From: Octopus vulgaris
Taxonomy: Eukaryota
Length of the DNA stretch: 64,000 bases
Assembly: GCA_951406725.2 (NCBI GenBank)
Contig: OX597829.1
Location: 6,386,001-6,450,000, forward strand
Direction: 5' to 3'
Shown: positions 27,070 through 42,172 of the stretch, piece by piece
How the letters are laid out: each line of letters opens with the position of its first letter
Numbering within the stretch: the first letter of the stretch is position 1
Program-made: the position numbers and the translations under genes
Notes under the pieces: model-generated
Seen by the model: only the letters and a program-made list of their open reading frames with translations
Database searches by the model: none
What the model was told of the DNA's origin: nothing

Positions 27070-27790
27070 GACAATGAGAACATCAGTTCAAGCAACAACA
27101 TCAACAGCAACATCAACAACAGCAACAGAAGATGCAGCGACCAGAAAAAATACAAATTCTGCATGATTCCATGAACGGAAAATCTTTTGCAGGGATGGCA
27201 GAAAGTCAGCAAAATACTTCTGAAACATGCTTGTGAAAGACAATGGAAAGACAATGGAAGAAGTGTTCTGGCTGGAAGAGGACGGTGTTGTATTGATGTA
27301 TGTCAGCAAAACACTGACACAAAGTTGCAACACGTGCCGTCGTACAAAGAGACTTCAAAGAAATATAGATGTTGGCCCTGTGACATGGACAAGGCCCACC
27401 GGAAGCGTGAAGCTCATCTTGAAAAGCAAGACTTAGCGTAGAAGGAGTTCAAAGTCCTCATAATCGAGCGGAACTCACTCCATATCCAATATATTAAGGA
27501 AATAGGAAAAAGGGATATGTCGCATTAAGATAAAGGGAGTTCCAAAAGGGTTCGATCTTAGCCTGTGTTGCGTCGGATATCCGGGAAAACCAGGCATGAT
27601 CAGCCAGCCCAGTAGAATGAAACTACGTGTTGCAGTAGAGAAAGGCTAAGATGCTACTTGTGTGGTGCTGAAAAAATTCATTAAAGTGTTTTCAATCCTC
27701 GCTAAAGAAGGTGGAGGACTGCCACCATCATAGACTCAAAAAAAACAAAAACAATGTACATTAGAAACAACAGAAGCAGCAGCGTAAAGA
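27070..27790 (+). pseudogene. Decayed Tx1-like ORF1 (gag-like) relic without ORF2
   Basis: Thr-rich N-terminus then GSVKLILKSK..IIERNSLHIQYIKEIGKGICRIKIKGVPKGFD, similar in pattern to TIQVLFDSEE..IPTYLGKRVTKFSIK.VPPEV of the 40.9 kb ORF1. Confidence 0.45.
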
Positions 27791-28134
27791 ACAAAAAGAA
27801 AATGGGCAGCTACAAAACCTACAACGGCAGCAACGGCGATACGAGCAAGAACGGACGCATCACCACTTTTCCAGCAAAATTTGCAGCCTATTTCATACTC
27901 TCTTTCTATGTCTCTTCCTCTCTTTCCTTTTCTCTGACTCTTTTTCTCAATCTCTTTCTCTCTCTTTCTCTTTCTTTTTCTCTTTCTCTTTCTTTCTCTC
28001 TTTCCCTCCCTCTTCTATTCCTTTTCCAAACGCACACACATAAAATATACGGCATCATGCTAAATCTTGGTAGGAGAAAAAGCAACCAAAGCAAACAATT
28101 TGCTATACAAGATTTAATAAACCCTACTCAGTTA

Positions 28135-28193
<59 letters not shown>

Positions 28194-28639
28194 GCTCTCT
28201 CCCACTCTCTCCCACTCTTTCACTCTTTGTAAACTATTCGCTAGAACACGACATCCACAAGGCCCCGAAATGCAGACAAATAACTTCAGATCACCATCAG
28301 CAAAACAGTAGCAAAACACGCACACACACAGAAGTGTTGTACCATTTCACGGACACGACGCCATCAAGTAAAACACACCCCCTACCAAATTCTGTGCTGG
28401 TAAGGAACTCAAACTAAAACGACTATAAGTGAATGGGCGATCGTCAGAACCAACTAGATAGAAAATAATAAGCCGGAACTGTGAGACGTACAAAACAAAA
28501 AGGTCTATATTTTTCCCCAATGTGGTGATAAGTACCAAGGTAAGGCAAACATCACTCCCGAAAGAATCCAAACATTTATGGAGACCAAGTAACTTGCAAA
28601 GGGGTAATGCAAATGGGTAACTAATCGTTTTGTTTTAAT

Positions 28640-30220
28640 CCTCCTTCTCTATAGATGAGTCGAAGACTTTCAGCCAGGTCGACCATCCATATTTGGTGGC
28701 TATTCTGAGCGCCGCAGCTTTCAGGCCAGTCTTCAGAAATTGGATCATTGCAGAGTACCCCTACTTTTGCTTGGAGGTCAAAGCAAGTAGTTCCCTGATA
28801 AAATATTTAATATTATGAGATCGATTCGGCAAAGATGCCTCCTCTCTATCCTTCCGTATGTTTTGACCTTAGAATTGCTATGTAGGAGTCAGAAGACTTG
28901 TGGTGTACCCCCTCGAGAAATAGGAAAATTTTGTTTTTATATTCGATTTTTCTTATGCGGACAAGGTCACAGTAATAATACCAAACACTCAGCGGCGATT
29001 GACATTACTCTTTGGAAATATGAAACCGTGAAAGGAGCAAAAATTAATCAGAATTTGGTACGCCTGCTGTTCAGCACCGGAAATAGTTCCACAGCGTAGT
29101 AGGGCGCTTGGTGGATGAACAGGTTAAGATTATCGGAGTTTGGTTTGGTCCAGATGAACAGGGCCGTGATGTAGTATCACCCCAAAATGGGCCGAGAGGT
29201 GACTATCTCTAAACGGTTAGGTGGAGATGGCGAGTATCGCCTGACTGTCGTGTTTTACTCCGCTTCAGAGGCTTACTAGAATGGAACGCCTGCTCTTTCA
29301 CTTTCTGTGGAGAGGATGCATTCCACTGGTTAGGCAATTCAGTTGTCAACATCCGCTGCTTAGAGGAGTAGGCATGCCATGGTTAATGATAAGCAGAACT
29401 GCGCAGATGCTACGGTAACTCCAGCTTTTCGTTGAAAGTAAGCAGGTATGGTCACCCTGAGTTCGACATACTTTTCTCTTTAAATGAACTGCAGCTCGAT
29501 ATCAATCCTAGAGCCAGACACCTTGACTAGCGTCAGGTGCTCACAGCCCTCTGCCAATGGTTAAGAGTGACAACGCCCTCGAGGAAAATTTGGACGTCCG
29601 TAGAAGTAAATCTGCTCATGCTCCGCGCAAATTTCCAGTAATGCTCAGTTGCCGGGTCCAGTTTAAATCCTACATTATCTAGTAGCATCGGCAGACGTGC
29701 GTGTCCCAGATGCTCGCAGAGTAATGAAAGCGTCCAGCGAGAACTTGTACATTGCTCAAGATTTGCTGACTCGTGGATCCATACCGAGCAGCTGCTATCA
29801 CGTGTGGTAAGGCTCCGGCTACCTCTGAGTCCATCGTGAAAATCAACCCATTGCCTGCCTTTGATCGATAAGGGCAGGCAATTCAGATTTTCTTTGTCTG
29901 ATGGTTATAGCGAAAGAGGTTGTGTGGTGGACAAGACTGAAACGATTGAAGATAAACACGTGCCTTTTTGGCAAAGCCCTCATCAATTTTTTCAAGTTCC
30001 ACCTGGAAAGGTAAGTCTGGGTCGAGAGGAATGAGCTACCCAATCCTAATAAATTTGCAGAAAGGTGAGGAAGTTGAATCGAGTGAGTGGGATTAAAATG
30101 TGGCGTCTATAGGCTGAGAAGTATGGAGGAGAGAGGAGTTCTTGTCATGTACTCCAAGTGAGTTCGGAGGCTCGGGATCTGCTGGTATCTGTAGCTGCCC
30201 CTAGATGGCATTTCTCACGC
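28640..30220 (-). mobile_element. GC-richer, microsatellite-free block; possibly a decayed LINE ORF1/endonuclease
   Basis: Compositional contrast with flanks; weak CEHLGH knuckle-like and CDLV..FLEGY endonuclease-like traces on the minus strand. Confidence 0.25.
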
Positions 30221-30349
30221 ACTGGATAATTTTTGTGCTAATTGTTATTGTTTACTATTTCATGCAAATTTTTAGTTTTCGCATATTTCTAAATAGTTTT
30301 GCAGCACTTGTGACCAATAAAGAATAAAGGAATTATTCATGTTGTTGTT

Positions 30350-30985
30350 AAGGTGGTAAGATGGCAGAATTGTTAGCACGCCGGACAAAATGCTCAGAAG
30401 AATTTCTTCTGTTATTACGTTGTGAGTTCAAATACAGCCGAGGTCGAATTTGCATGTCATTGTTTCGGGGTCAATGAATTAAATACCAGTGAAACATTGG
30501 GGTCGAAGTAATTGATTAGTCCCTACCCCCAAAATTTCAGGTCTTGAGTCTTTAGTAGAAAGGATTATTATTGTTATTGTTGTTACTTTGGTTGTTATGG
30601 CGATGAGCTGGCAGAATCGCTAGTACGCTGAGCGAAATGCTTAGCAGTATTTCGCCTGTCACTACGTTCTGAGTTCAAATTCCACCGAGGTCGACTTTGC
30701 TTTTCATCCTTTCGGGGTCGATAAAATAAGTACCAATTGAACACTGTGGTCATCCCCTCCCCTCCCCCAAAATCTTTATTGTTGTTGTTGCCATGATGAT
30801 GAGCTGGCAGAATTGCTAGCACGTTGGGCAAAATGCTTAGCGGTATTCCGTCCGTCTTCAGGTTCTGTGTCAAATTCCGACGAGATTCACTTTTTCTTTC
30901 ATAATTTTGTGGTCGATAAATTAAATACCAGTTGAATTTTGGGGTCGATGTAATTTCAAACGTTTTCCCTATAGTAGAAAGTTAT
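30350..30985 (+). mobile_element. Three head-to-tail diverged SINE copies (30350, 30598, 30798)
   Basis: Each has ggcagaat.g.tag.acg..aaatgct.ag..tg.gt.caaat..tc.at.aa.t.a.tacca; separated by (GTT)n/(ATT)n. Confidence 0.85.
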
Positions 30986-32520
30986 AATATTATTGTTATT
31001 TTGTTGTTGCCGCTCAACTTTAATATTTCTATTTTCTGTTTTTTTTTTTATTTGTTTGCATCTTATTTATATCCTTATCACTTTACTTCCTATTCCATTT
31101 TTTGCTCTGTCTTTAATATATTTTGTTGCTGAACTTACTGTGGAATTAGCAATGAAAATAGATATATAATGAAATAAAAACCAAAACATAATCAATCATG
31201 AACAAGGCATATGTAAAGAAGAAATATTTACAATACTATCCATAATAACAATAATAACTCTAAGAGAAGAACAACATGAATTGCATCGTTGATAACATCA
31301 CCAGCTGAAGCAATAAATACAAGAAGAAAACCAACAATTTTGACAATAACAACAGCAAAATGACAGCGCTGACAACAACATTGACATTACAATGAGTAAA
31401 CGAAACGCTGAGAGCGGTATGCTAGAAGGAAATAATTCGATCTCTGTATTATATCCGCGACAATAATTACAGCAATAAGACATATCAATTAATCATTTCC
31501 TTCCTGCTATTTTCGCGTCTTCTCCCCTCCGACCTCAATTCATTCATTCATTCTTCTTTTCTTTCCTTCCTTCTTAAATACTTTTTTTTGTTTTTGTTTT
31601 TCTTCCTTTCTTGATTTCATTACCTCTCTTTCTCTTTCTCTTTTAATTTCATCTCTATTTCTCCCATTTTACTATGCACCAACCCTTCTGTTTCCTCCAC
31701 CTTACCATGATCATTATCTTCCTGCTTCAACTCCAGCCAAACGAAATTCCCCACCACAACCATCGTCACCACAACGCCTATCACCGTGACTAATATACTC
31801 ATCCTACCGACCACCAACGCCACCAACACAACACCGACCACCAACGCCACCTACTCTAATTCATCACCTACTTTACTCCGCTTCTCTTCGTTTCCATTTC
31901 GCTGTTATTGTCTTTATCTTCAACAGGTTACCCTCTCTTTTCTAAATCTGAAAATCGCCATTAGCTTTTACTTGATGTCCTCGAGTATTCCATTACGTGC
32001 AATATAAGCATCGTGAGATGATGTCAAGAAAAAGTACAGTCAGTTGAACTCAGGTACACGCCATACATATGTCTTGCGACAGGTGTTGTTAGAATTAATG
32101 ACAACAGTGAAGAGTAGAAGGAACATATTCAAACAGAGCTATTAATTTGTGGCTGGCTGTAGCATCATGATACAGCCCCCGCCACTATCTCTTTCTCTCT
32201 CTCTCTCTCTCTCTGTCATATATGTATACATATACGCCACTATGTATATATATGAATGTATGTATGTATGTACGTATGTATGTATGTTTATGTAGACAGA
32301 TGCAGGTAATAGCGTTAGAAATTCGCAAGCGATTGCTACCGATATATCTATTATATTACGAATTATATCTGCCATTTAAAGAAGTGATAAAATAATAACA
32401 TTATTCTTTTTTTATAAATTGCTATATTTTAATATTCTTACTGTAGGTTTTGTTCTAACTGATGTTTATCTACGATCACAGTTCGCTGTTGCTTTGTTAT
32501 TGTTGTTGTTGTTTTTATTG

Positions 32521-32657
<137 letters not shown>

Positions 32658-33058
32658 CGTGGAGGCGCAATGGCCCAGTGGTTAGGGCAGCGGACTCGCG
32701 GTCATAGCATCGCGGTTTCGTTTCTCAAACCGGGTGTTGTGAGTGTTTATTGAGCGAAAACACCTAAAAGCTCCACGAGGCTCCGACAGGGGATGGTGGT
32801 GATCCCTGCTGTACTCTTTCACCACAACTTTCTCTCACTCTTGCTTCCTGTTTCTGTTGTACCTGTATTTCAAGGGGCCGGCCTTGTCACTCTCTGTGTC
32901 ACGCTGCATATCCCCGAGAATTACATTAAGGGTGCACGTGTCTGTGGAGTGCTCAGCCACTTACACGTTAATTTCACGAGCAGGCTGTTCCGTTGATTCG
33001 GATCAACCGGAACCCTCATCGTCGTAACCGACGGAGGGCTTCCATTAAGATCCATCCA
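32658..33058 (+). mobile_element. Full-length tRNA-headed SINE inserted in (ATT)n
   Basis: A box TGGCCCAGTGG at 32671, B-box-like GGTTTCGTTTC; same family as 17879-18256. Confidence 0.92.
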
Positions 33059-33088
33059 TTATTATTATTATTATTATCATTATTATAA

Positions 33089-33925
<837 letters not shown>

Positions 33926-34062
33926 GCATATATAAATACATGTGTATATGTGTATATACACAAACGCATATATATATAAATTAAATAATGAGAGTAGAAA
34001 TTGATATTAATTAATTAAAACCAGTGGCTTAGCATGTTTAAAAAATCCGAAGATTAAAAATT

Positions 34063-34278
34063 ATATTACATACAAATTAAGAGGAATGGCCAACAAAGTG
34101 GAATCCATTGGCACGTAGGTAATCGCTTTTATTTCGTATATTTTCATTTGTCTTGCTCATTTTTACATTATGGCCTTTTGCTGAGATTTTTCTTGAGAAC
34201 ACATTCTTCGTGCTAAGGCGATTTGACGTCTATCTTTAGCATATTAGGAGTCCACTTTGGTGGTCATTCCTCTTAATT

Positions 34279-34290
<12 letters not shown>
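34063..34290. repeat. ~44-bp imperfect inverted repeats bounding a 140-bp spacer, between TA-rich tracts
   Basis: aaattaagaggaatggccaacaaagtggaatcc vs ggagtccactttggtggtcattcctcttaattt. Confidence 0.85.
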
Positions 34291-34346
<56 letters not shown>

Positions 34347-34678
34347 ATATTCAAAATTACATATATAAATGTGTGTATGTTTGGTAGTAAGTAAAACAAG
34401 GGCACGATGCTAGAAAAAGGAAAGAAACCAGTTTGTCGCTAATCTTCTCCAGTATTTTATGACGAAACACTATCATATTTTTGTTAGCTACCATGATCTT
34501 ATCATCTATCTTATCAATGCATAAACCCGAACGAAAACGCCAAGTAAACCCGAATAAAAGAAATGGCCCGATTTATTAAGAACTCAAAATAAATTTGAAG
34601 TTAAGTATCGTTGCTAATGTTATTTGGTAAGGAGTAGATTGAGATTAATTGATGTTAACAATAATAATAATGACAATG

Positions 34679-34772
<94 letters not shown>

Positions 34773-34777
34773 CAATG

Positions 34778-34831
<54 letters not shown>

Positions 34832-34914
34832 TTAATAATAATAATAATATTAATAACATACAGAGAGTAACAAAGGACATGCATAGCATACAAAGATTAA
34901 GAAAAAAAAAAATA

Positions 34915-35654
34915 ATATGCAGCACAAGACCAAAGCCTCCCCACCAGAAATTACCAAAAACATGTAATGAAAAGAAATATTACAAGTAACTGCAGAATAT
35001 GTGGAGATGGACAAGAAACAATAAATCATATTATCTCTGCCTGCCCAGTCCTGGCTAAGAAGGAATATATTCACAGACATGACAAAGTTGGAACCTACAT
35101 ACATTGGAAGCTATGCCAACATTGTGGAATAACAACAGAAAAAAGATGGTATAGGCACACACCAGAAAAGGTCACAGAGAACGAGAAAGCAACCATACTC
35201 TGGGATATGCCGATACACACAGATAGAGAAATTAAGGCCAACAGACCAGATATAGTTATCAGAGATCATGAAGAAAAAAAATGCTTTCTAATTGATGTAT
35301 CAATACCGGCAGATGACAACGTGTCTCTAAAAGATATGGAGAAACTCTCAAAATACAAAGACCTGGAAATAGAGGTAACTAGAATGTGGAATCTGAAAAC
35401 AGAAACAATTCCTATCATAGTAGGTGCATTAGGCATGATAAAAAAATATTCAGACAAATACATAACAAAAACACAAGGACTTACAAACACATATAACATA
35501 CAGAAAATTGCACTACTAGGCACTGCACACATCCTACGCAGAACACTTTCCATACAATAACCATCAGAGCATCACAACAAATCACAGCACATACCCAAGG
35601 CACACAGAGCTGCGCTCGGTAGTGAAGTGAAAGCACGCTATAAAAATAAAACTA

Positions 35655-35657
<3 letters not shown>
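34915..35657 (+). mobile_element. 5'-truncated Dong/R4-type non-LTR retrotransposon (CCHC knuckle, restriction-like endonuclease, 3' UTR) ending in (AAT)n
   Basis: Open ORF 34967-35560: CRICGDGQETINHIISAC, RHD, ILWD..TDREIKANRPDIV..IDVSIP..EKLSKYKDL..PIIVGALG (PD..D/ExK RLE motifs); AATAAA just before the tail. Confidence 0.95.
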
Positions 35658-35735
<78 letters not shown>

Positions 35736-35805
35736 TATAATAATAATAATAATAATAATAATTATAATAATAATTATAATGATGATGATGATGATGATGA
35801 TGATG

Positions 35806-35855
<50 letters not shown>

Positions 35856-35907
35856 CATAATAATTATAATAATAATTATAATGATGATGATGATGATGAT
35901 GATGATG

Positions 35908-35963
<56 letters not shown>

Positions 35964-35973
35964 CATAATAATC

Positions 35974-36031
<58 letters not shown>

Positions 36032-36107
36032 TGATGATAATAATAATAAATGAAGCAACAACAACAACAACAACAACAACAATAATAATAATAACAATAA
36101 TAATAAA

Positions 36108-36710
36108 AATGAATGACCTAGACATGCCAAAAACCACTAAAAGTTGTGGCGACACAATAAGGTATAGAAAGCGCTACATTGGAAACTGTGCGAAAAATGG
36201 AGGCCAGAGAGAGGCAAGACTTGGTATGAGCAGAAACTGAAGAGAGTGGCGGAGTCGGAGATAAGCAAAATCCTCTGGGATTTCTCAATCCAAACAGATC
36301 AGGTACTAGAGCATAACAGACCGGTCGTAGTGGTGGTGTAAAAGGTGCACCACATGTGCTATATAGTTGATGTTGCATGCCTATTTGACCCACAGATAGT
36401 CAAGAAGGAAGGCGAAAATAGATAAATACAGCCCTCTTAAGCACGAAATAGTCCGGCTATGGAAATGGAAGAAGGTGAAGATAATGCCAATTGTTTTTGT
36501 GTCCTTGGAACAGTATCAGAAGACATGAAGAGGAATTTAAAGGAAATTGGAATAGAGTGCCTAGTAGGACTGTTACAAAAGTATTGCCACCTTAGCACGG
36601 CCAGAATAATCAGAAAAGTATTAGATATCTGAAAAGATCGAATAGCACAATACCGTGCAAGACTCCAGGAGCTCCAACAAAATCTGTAACAAAGAGAAAA
36701 CAACAATAAT
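36108..36710 (+). mobile_element. Second, more diverged Dong/R4-type 3' fragment from a different family
   Basis: YIHWKLCEKW..KILWDFSIQTDQVLEHNRP..IVDVACLFD..KY.PLKHEIVRLW..TARIIRKVLDI* across frameshifts. Confidence 0.85.
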
Positions 36711-36807
36711 ATCAATTTGCTTCAATAGCGATAATAATAATAACAACAACAACAACAACAACAACAATAATGATAATAATAATAATAATGATAATAATAA
36801 TAATAGC

Positions 36808-36877
<70 letters not shown>

Positions 36878-39071
36878 TGGTTCAATATTTTTCTCCTAGA
36901 TTTTCATTCTCTGTAATGCCCATCCTGCCTATTTTTTAATTTCTTGTCACCATCACAAACCAGCTTTTTAAGATCTTCAATTGCGTTCATGTCCAAGAAT
37001 TGGTTGGAAAAGTGCCTCAAGTTACCATCTCAGTAATCTAGGCTTAATGCTGCTAAAATATATATTGAAAATGTATATCTATATGGTAATCTATTTAACT
37101 ATTTAAGATCTTACGCAATAACGTGTACTAAATAATCACCATTAAGAAAACTTTACCTGAAAAACACGTTATCTTACTTATACCCCATACATAATTATGT
37201 ATCTCTCTCTCCCTCAGACATACACACTCTCTCTTTCTCATGTACAGTCTCTCTCACTTTCTCACTCTCTTACTCTCTGTCTTTCTGTCTCTCTTTCTCT
37301 TTCTCCATGTGTGTGTGTGTATGTGTATGTTCAGATATATACATATACAGTAGTATATTGTGTGATATGACTGATGTTCGTGTACTGATATGAATAAGTA
37401 TGAGATTGCGAGTCTCATAGAAGAGGAAGAACTTCCTGTTTATTGAGAGGAATTTTGTACTTTCTTTTATTTTTAATTTTTATATTAGTGACTTCATATT
37501 ACAAAGCAGTGTTAGTTTGTTCAACGATGTATCCACGCATATCTGTTTTTTCGTATTTGAACTTAAATTCAACAGCTATCTCAATCGATATTTCGGGAAA
37601 ATTTTAATGCTTTTCTTCATAGAACACAAACGTTCCGAATAGTAAAACCTTTCTATTTAAAAACAGAAAAGTATCATTTGCTATCAAAGAAGAAGCTACT
37701 TAATAATGTGACTCCTATGAAAGACATACATCCACGACTAGTTTTTTTCGTCCATATACATTATTTTCTTCACTAATACAATTTTTAGCAGGCAATCCAT
37801 GGGCACAGCCATTTATGAATTTATTTCATTTTATTTTATATACCATTTTTTATTTTGTTTTATGTTTTTCGATTTTATTGAGTTGTTCTTGTTTTAATGT
37901 AATGCTAGTTCTCATGGAATTGTTGTGCAGATTTACTTAGATCTATTTCAAATAAACTAATGGAGGTAAAGAAAGGAAGGAAGAAGAAAGAGAAGAAGGG
38001 GGAGAAGAAGAAAATGAAAAAGCAGAAGAATGCCGTTAATTCGATGAAAAAAAATGATACATTTTGGAAAATTTTACACTGAAATTTTGAATGCTATTCT
38101 TTGAATTTTATCGCAGCCACCACCCTTACCAGAAATACTAACATTAATATTTTGATGCAGCACTCGTCACTAGCACCACTTCCACAACTACTATTATCAC
38201 GTACACGACCGACACCACCACCACCACAACGACCAAATCCACCAGGGTGCCTTCAAAAGTGCAATGACGATTTTAAGGCTAGTGCCATCAAAATCATTAA
38301 CAATAAAATCACCGTTGTCATCGTTACAGCGAGAGACCCTGAACGTGAACTGAAAATAGCAGTCAAATATCATTCAATTCCAACCTCTTTTGCATTAAGA
38401 AAGTACTTATTGGATAAACCCAGTCGCAAACATCTCTTAATATAAGGCCTCGTCATGGAAAGAACACATTTCAGAGAAAAGATTCGAGAACGGTTCTGAA
38501 TATTGAGTTTGGTCAACACACGTGACACGTTGTTAGTAACGCAGTGTTATTGACATAGAAGTGACAACAGATACAAATTGAATTCCAAGGATCACATGGT
38601 TGGTCAGAAAGTTGATGGAAATCATAGCCATGCGTACTTGTGCACGAGTGTATCTGCATCTGCGTGTAAGCAGGTGCGTGTGTATGAGCGCGAATATGTG
38701 TGCGCCAGTACCTGTAATATTCGCGTGGCGCATGTGTGTGAGTAGAGTCCGTGTATATGCATGCATACATACTTCTGATGTGTATGCGCAGACATGTCTG
38801 TTTATCGAGCGCGTGAATGAACGTGTATGAATATGCATATACATCAAGTGTGTGTGCGCTGTATACGTGTGCACGCGTGTTTACAAGTATTGATGTCCGT
38901 GTGTGCGCATCTTGTGTGTGCACGTAATCCTATATGTGCGTGCGTGTATGACTGTGACATTCAAGCACACACGTGTGTGTGTATGTTATATATGAATCCA
39001 TAAGAAACTTGTTCAAGTTCCAGAGGTGCATGTGCTTAAAACATTTCTTCGTGTGAGTGTGCGCGTCTGGT

Positions 39072-39171
39072 GTGTGGATATTAGACTGGAGTGTGGATAT
39101 TAGACTGGAGTGTGGATATTAGACTGGAGTGTGGATATTAGACTGGAGTGTGGATATTAGACTGGAGTGTG
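39072..39171. repeat. 19-bp minisatellite (GTGTGGATATTAGACTGGA) x5 plus a partial unit
   Basis: Five perfect units starting at 39072, 39091, 39110, 39129 and 39148; no spacers. Confidence 0.97.
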
Positions 39172-39279
39172 CTGTCGTGGTGTATTCATGTGTTGTAAAC
39201 GATGCCACGGATTGGAAAGAGTAATTTGGAGGATGTTACCTGAGTTGCGGTGATCCCAGGCAGAGACTCGAGATGAAAG

Positions 39280-40006
<727 letters not shown>

Positions 40007-40321
40007 CGACTGACGTGTTGTCACATCGGCTCCGAAGGTAATCGTTTATTTATAGCCCTCATTTTGTGTACATTTTTGCAAATAAGGTGTGCAAAGCACC
40101 CAACTTTCGTTTGAGTGCTTTTCCAAGGGAGGAATTGGCCCCTAGGAGCAGTTTCAACCCTAATTAAATTGTATATATTTCTTCTCGACATCAAAAATTG
40201 TCGAACGCTGGTCAAATTCCTTCATGGCCAGCATTTCTCTAGCCTTGAAACGCTAGGACAAAAACAGAACTCCTGCATGCACACACATTCTAATAGAACA
40301 GATAGGACAAGTAAAAAATCA

Positions 40322-42042
40322 ATGACAAACCTGAGTGACGTGGAAGTGAACGCTGTAACTACTTTTGTTAACAGCCCTGTTACCACCACCACCACCAACA
40401 ACAACAAGACTACCACTGCCACCACCACCTCCAACAACAAGGCTACCACTGCTACTAACACCACCACCACCACCCAACAACAACAACAACAACAACAACA
40501 CCAACAACAACAATAAGAACAACAACGATATCGTCTATTTGCCGTCTACCATAACTGCCAACAACAACACCACTACTACAACCTCAACTACTACAAATGA
40601 CATCCCTGCCACCAACACTACCACGGGAAACAAATCAAATTTTGCACAAGCTTTAAAACAAAAAAGACAATACTAAACTTCACAACAGAACAAATAAAAC
40701 ATACAAAAGCCCTCTTAACTCATGAAGGTACACATCTACGCTTAAATATACCACAAAACATCATAGACACCACACAAAAGAGAACAATAATATACAAAGT
40801 CTTAAACGCAAAACACGCAGACCAGAACAAGCACAACCAGAACTCACCGAAAAATATTTACGCCCGAAATGGGCACAGAAAAATTATATACATTGGTGGA
40901 ACAAATATGCCACAATACAAGTTCTCTTCGACAGCGAAGAAAGAGCGAAAGAACTTTCGACGCTCACCTTAGAGTCGGAAAAGCTAATTTTAATTCCGAC
41001 CTACCTTGGTAAACGTGTGACCAAATTTTCGATAAAAATGTCCCTCCAGAAGTAGAGTCACAATGGTTGTTGTCTACCATTTGCTACAACATGGAGGAGA
41101 ATATAAATATCCTCGAATTTGCTGCCTTGGAGCAAGTGAATTGGTCGGGGAGAATGATTCAGTTATTGATGCAATAGATCAAAACCAAATCACTAACATC
41201 CCCTCACAAATTGAGCTGCCAGACGGCAATAACTTTTACGTGGTGGTAGAGGGTAGGAGGCCTCTCTGTTACATGTGTGGCAGCGAAGAACACCTAAGAA
41301 GTGGTTGCACAACAGCAAAAAAACAAAAACTAGAACAAGAACAACAACTACAACAAGGAAAAAGTGCAAAGGAAAAAGAAACACTACTACCCACACCACC
41401 ATCAGCACAGAGGACAAGCAAAGAGAGTACAAAACCAAACCCGCCAACACCAACAAATAAACATAAAACAATATCTGAAAAAAAACTACCAACAACAGCA
41501 AGAACTATAGAAGCAGTAAAACCAAAAGACAATACAAAAACTGATTCCCCTTTCCCCACATCACACACACCACACACAAACAATCAACAACCAACATCAG
41601 CGGAAAAAACGACAACACAATCAATTACACAAACACACATTGAAGTCTATAGCATACCCCCACCCCCTTCCGATTGCTCGGAAATTTCGTCGGAAGACGA
41701 AAGCACTGAGGAATGGCAAATAGCCAGAAAAGGAGCAAAAAAAGAACCAAATCCAATACAAAAGCAAACAAAGCAGGGAGATATACATCTCCAGAAGTCA
41801 TCTCAAAACCTGCCACAAACAATATCAACGCCACAAAAATATATACAGGGAATATGCTCACAGTCATAGACACCAAAAACACAGAGTTGATGAAATACAT
41901 CAACACAAAGACAAACATTACAGAAAACGACATTAAAACGAACAACCACTCACACACAACATCACCAGAACACATAAAAATTTATCACATATCACCAACA
42001 TTGCACCACACTCTAAAGTCCCTCTATTCCAATGCGATATGA
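40322..42042 (+). pseudogene. Tx1 ORF1 (gag-like) with CCHC zinc knuckle, frameshifted
   Basis: MTNLSDVEV..T/N-rich..NFAQALK; VVVEGRRPLCYMCGSEEHLRSGC; P/T/K-rich tail. Confidence 0.8.
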
Positions 42043-42172
42043 GGATGTCATAAATATTTATGCAAAAAAATGTACAAAAGCCTCCTTGATGAAAAATCAA
42101 AGGAGGAGACAAATCTTTCGAAAGGTAAGTAACTCTCTGTTCCTTCGTTTGAGTTTTAAAGCACACAACTCA

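Larger units (their letters stand above)
34660..36875. repeat. (AAT)n/(GAT)n/(AAC)n array hosting two LINE 3' ends
   Basis: Tracts at 34660-34857, 35658-36107 and 36730-36875. Confidence 0.95.

Noticed and set aside
32658-32735. tRNA gene (also 18180-18256 and 12860-12934)
   Set aside because: A/B boxes are present but continue into multi-copy SINE bodies, one with a TSD; no complete cloverleaf seen
35652-36240. Poly-I/M/N/L/Y ORFs (also at 32.4, 34.6 and 45.4-47.3 kb)
   Set aside because: Trinucleotide microsatellite artefacts
39072-39171. CRISPR-like array (also 61541-61634)
   Set aside because: Contiguous units with no spacers, no cas genes and a eukaryotic context
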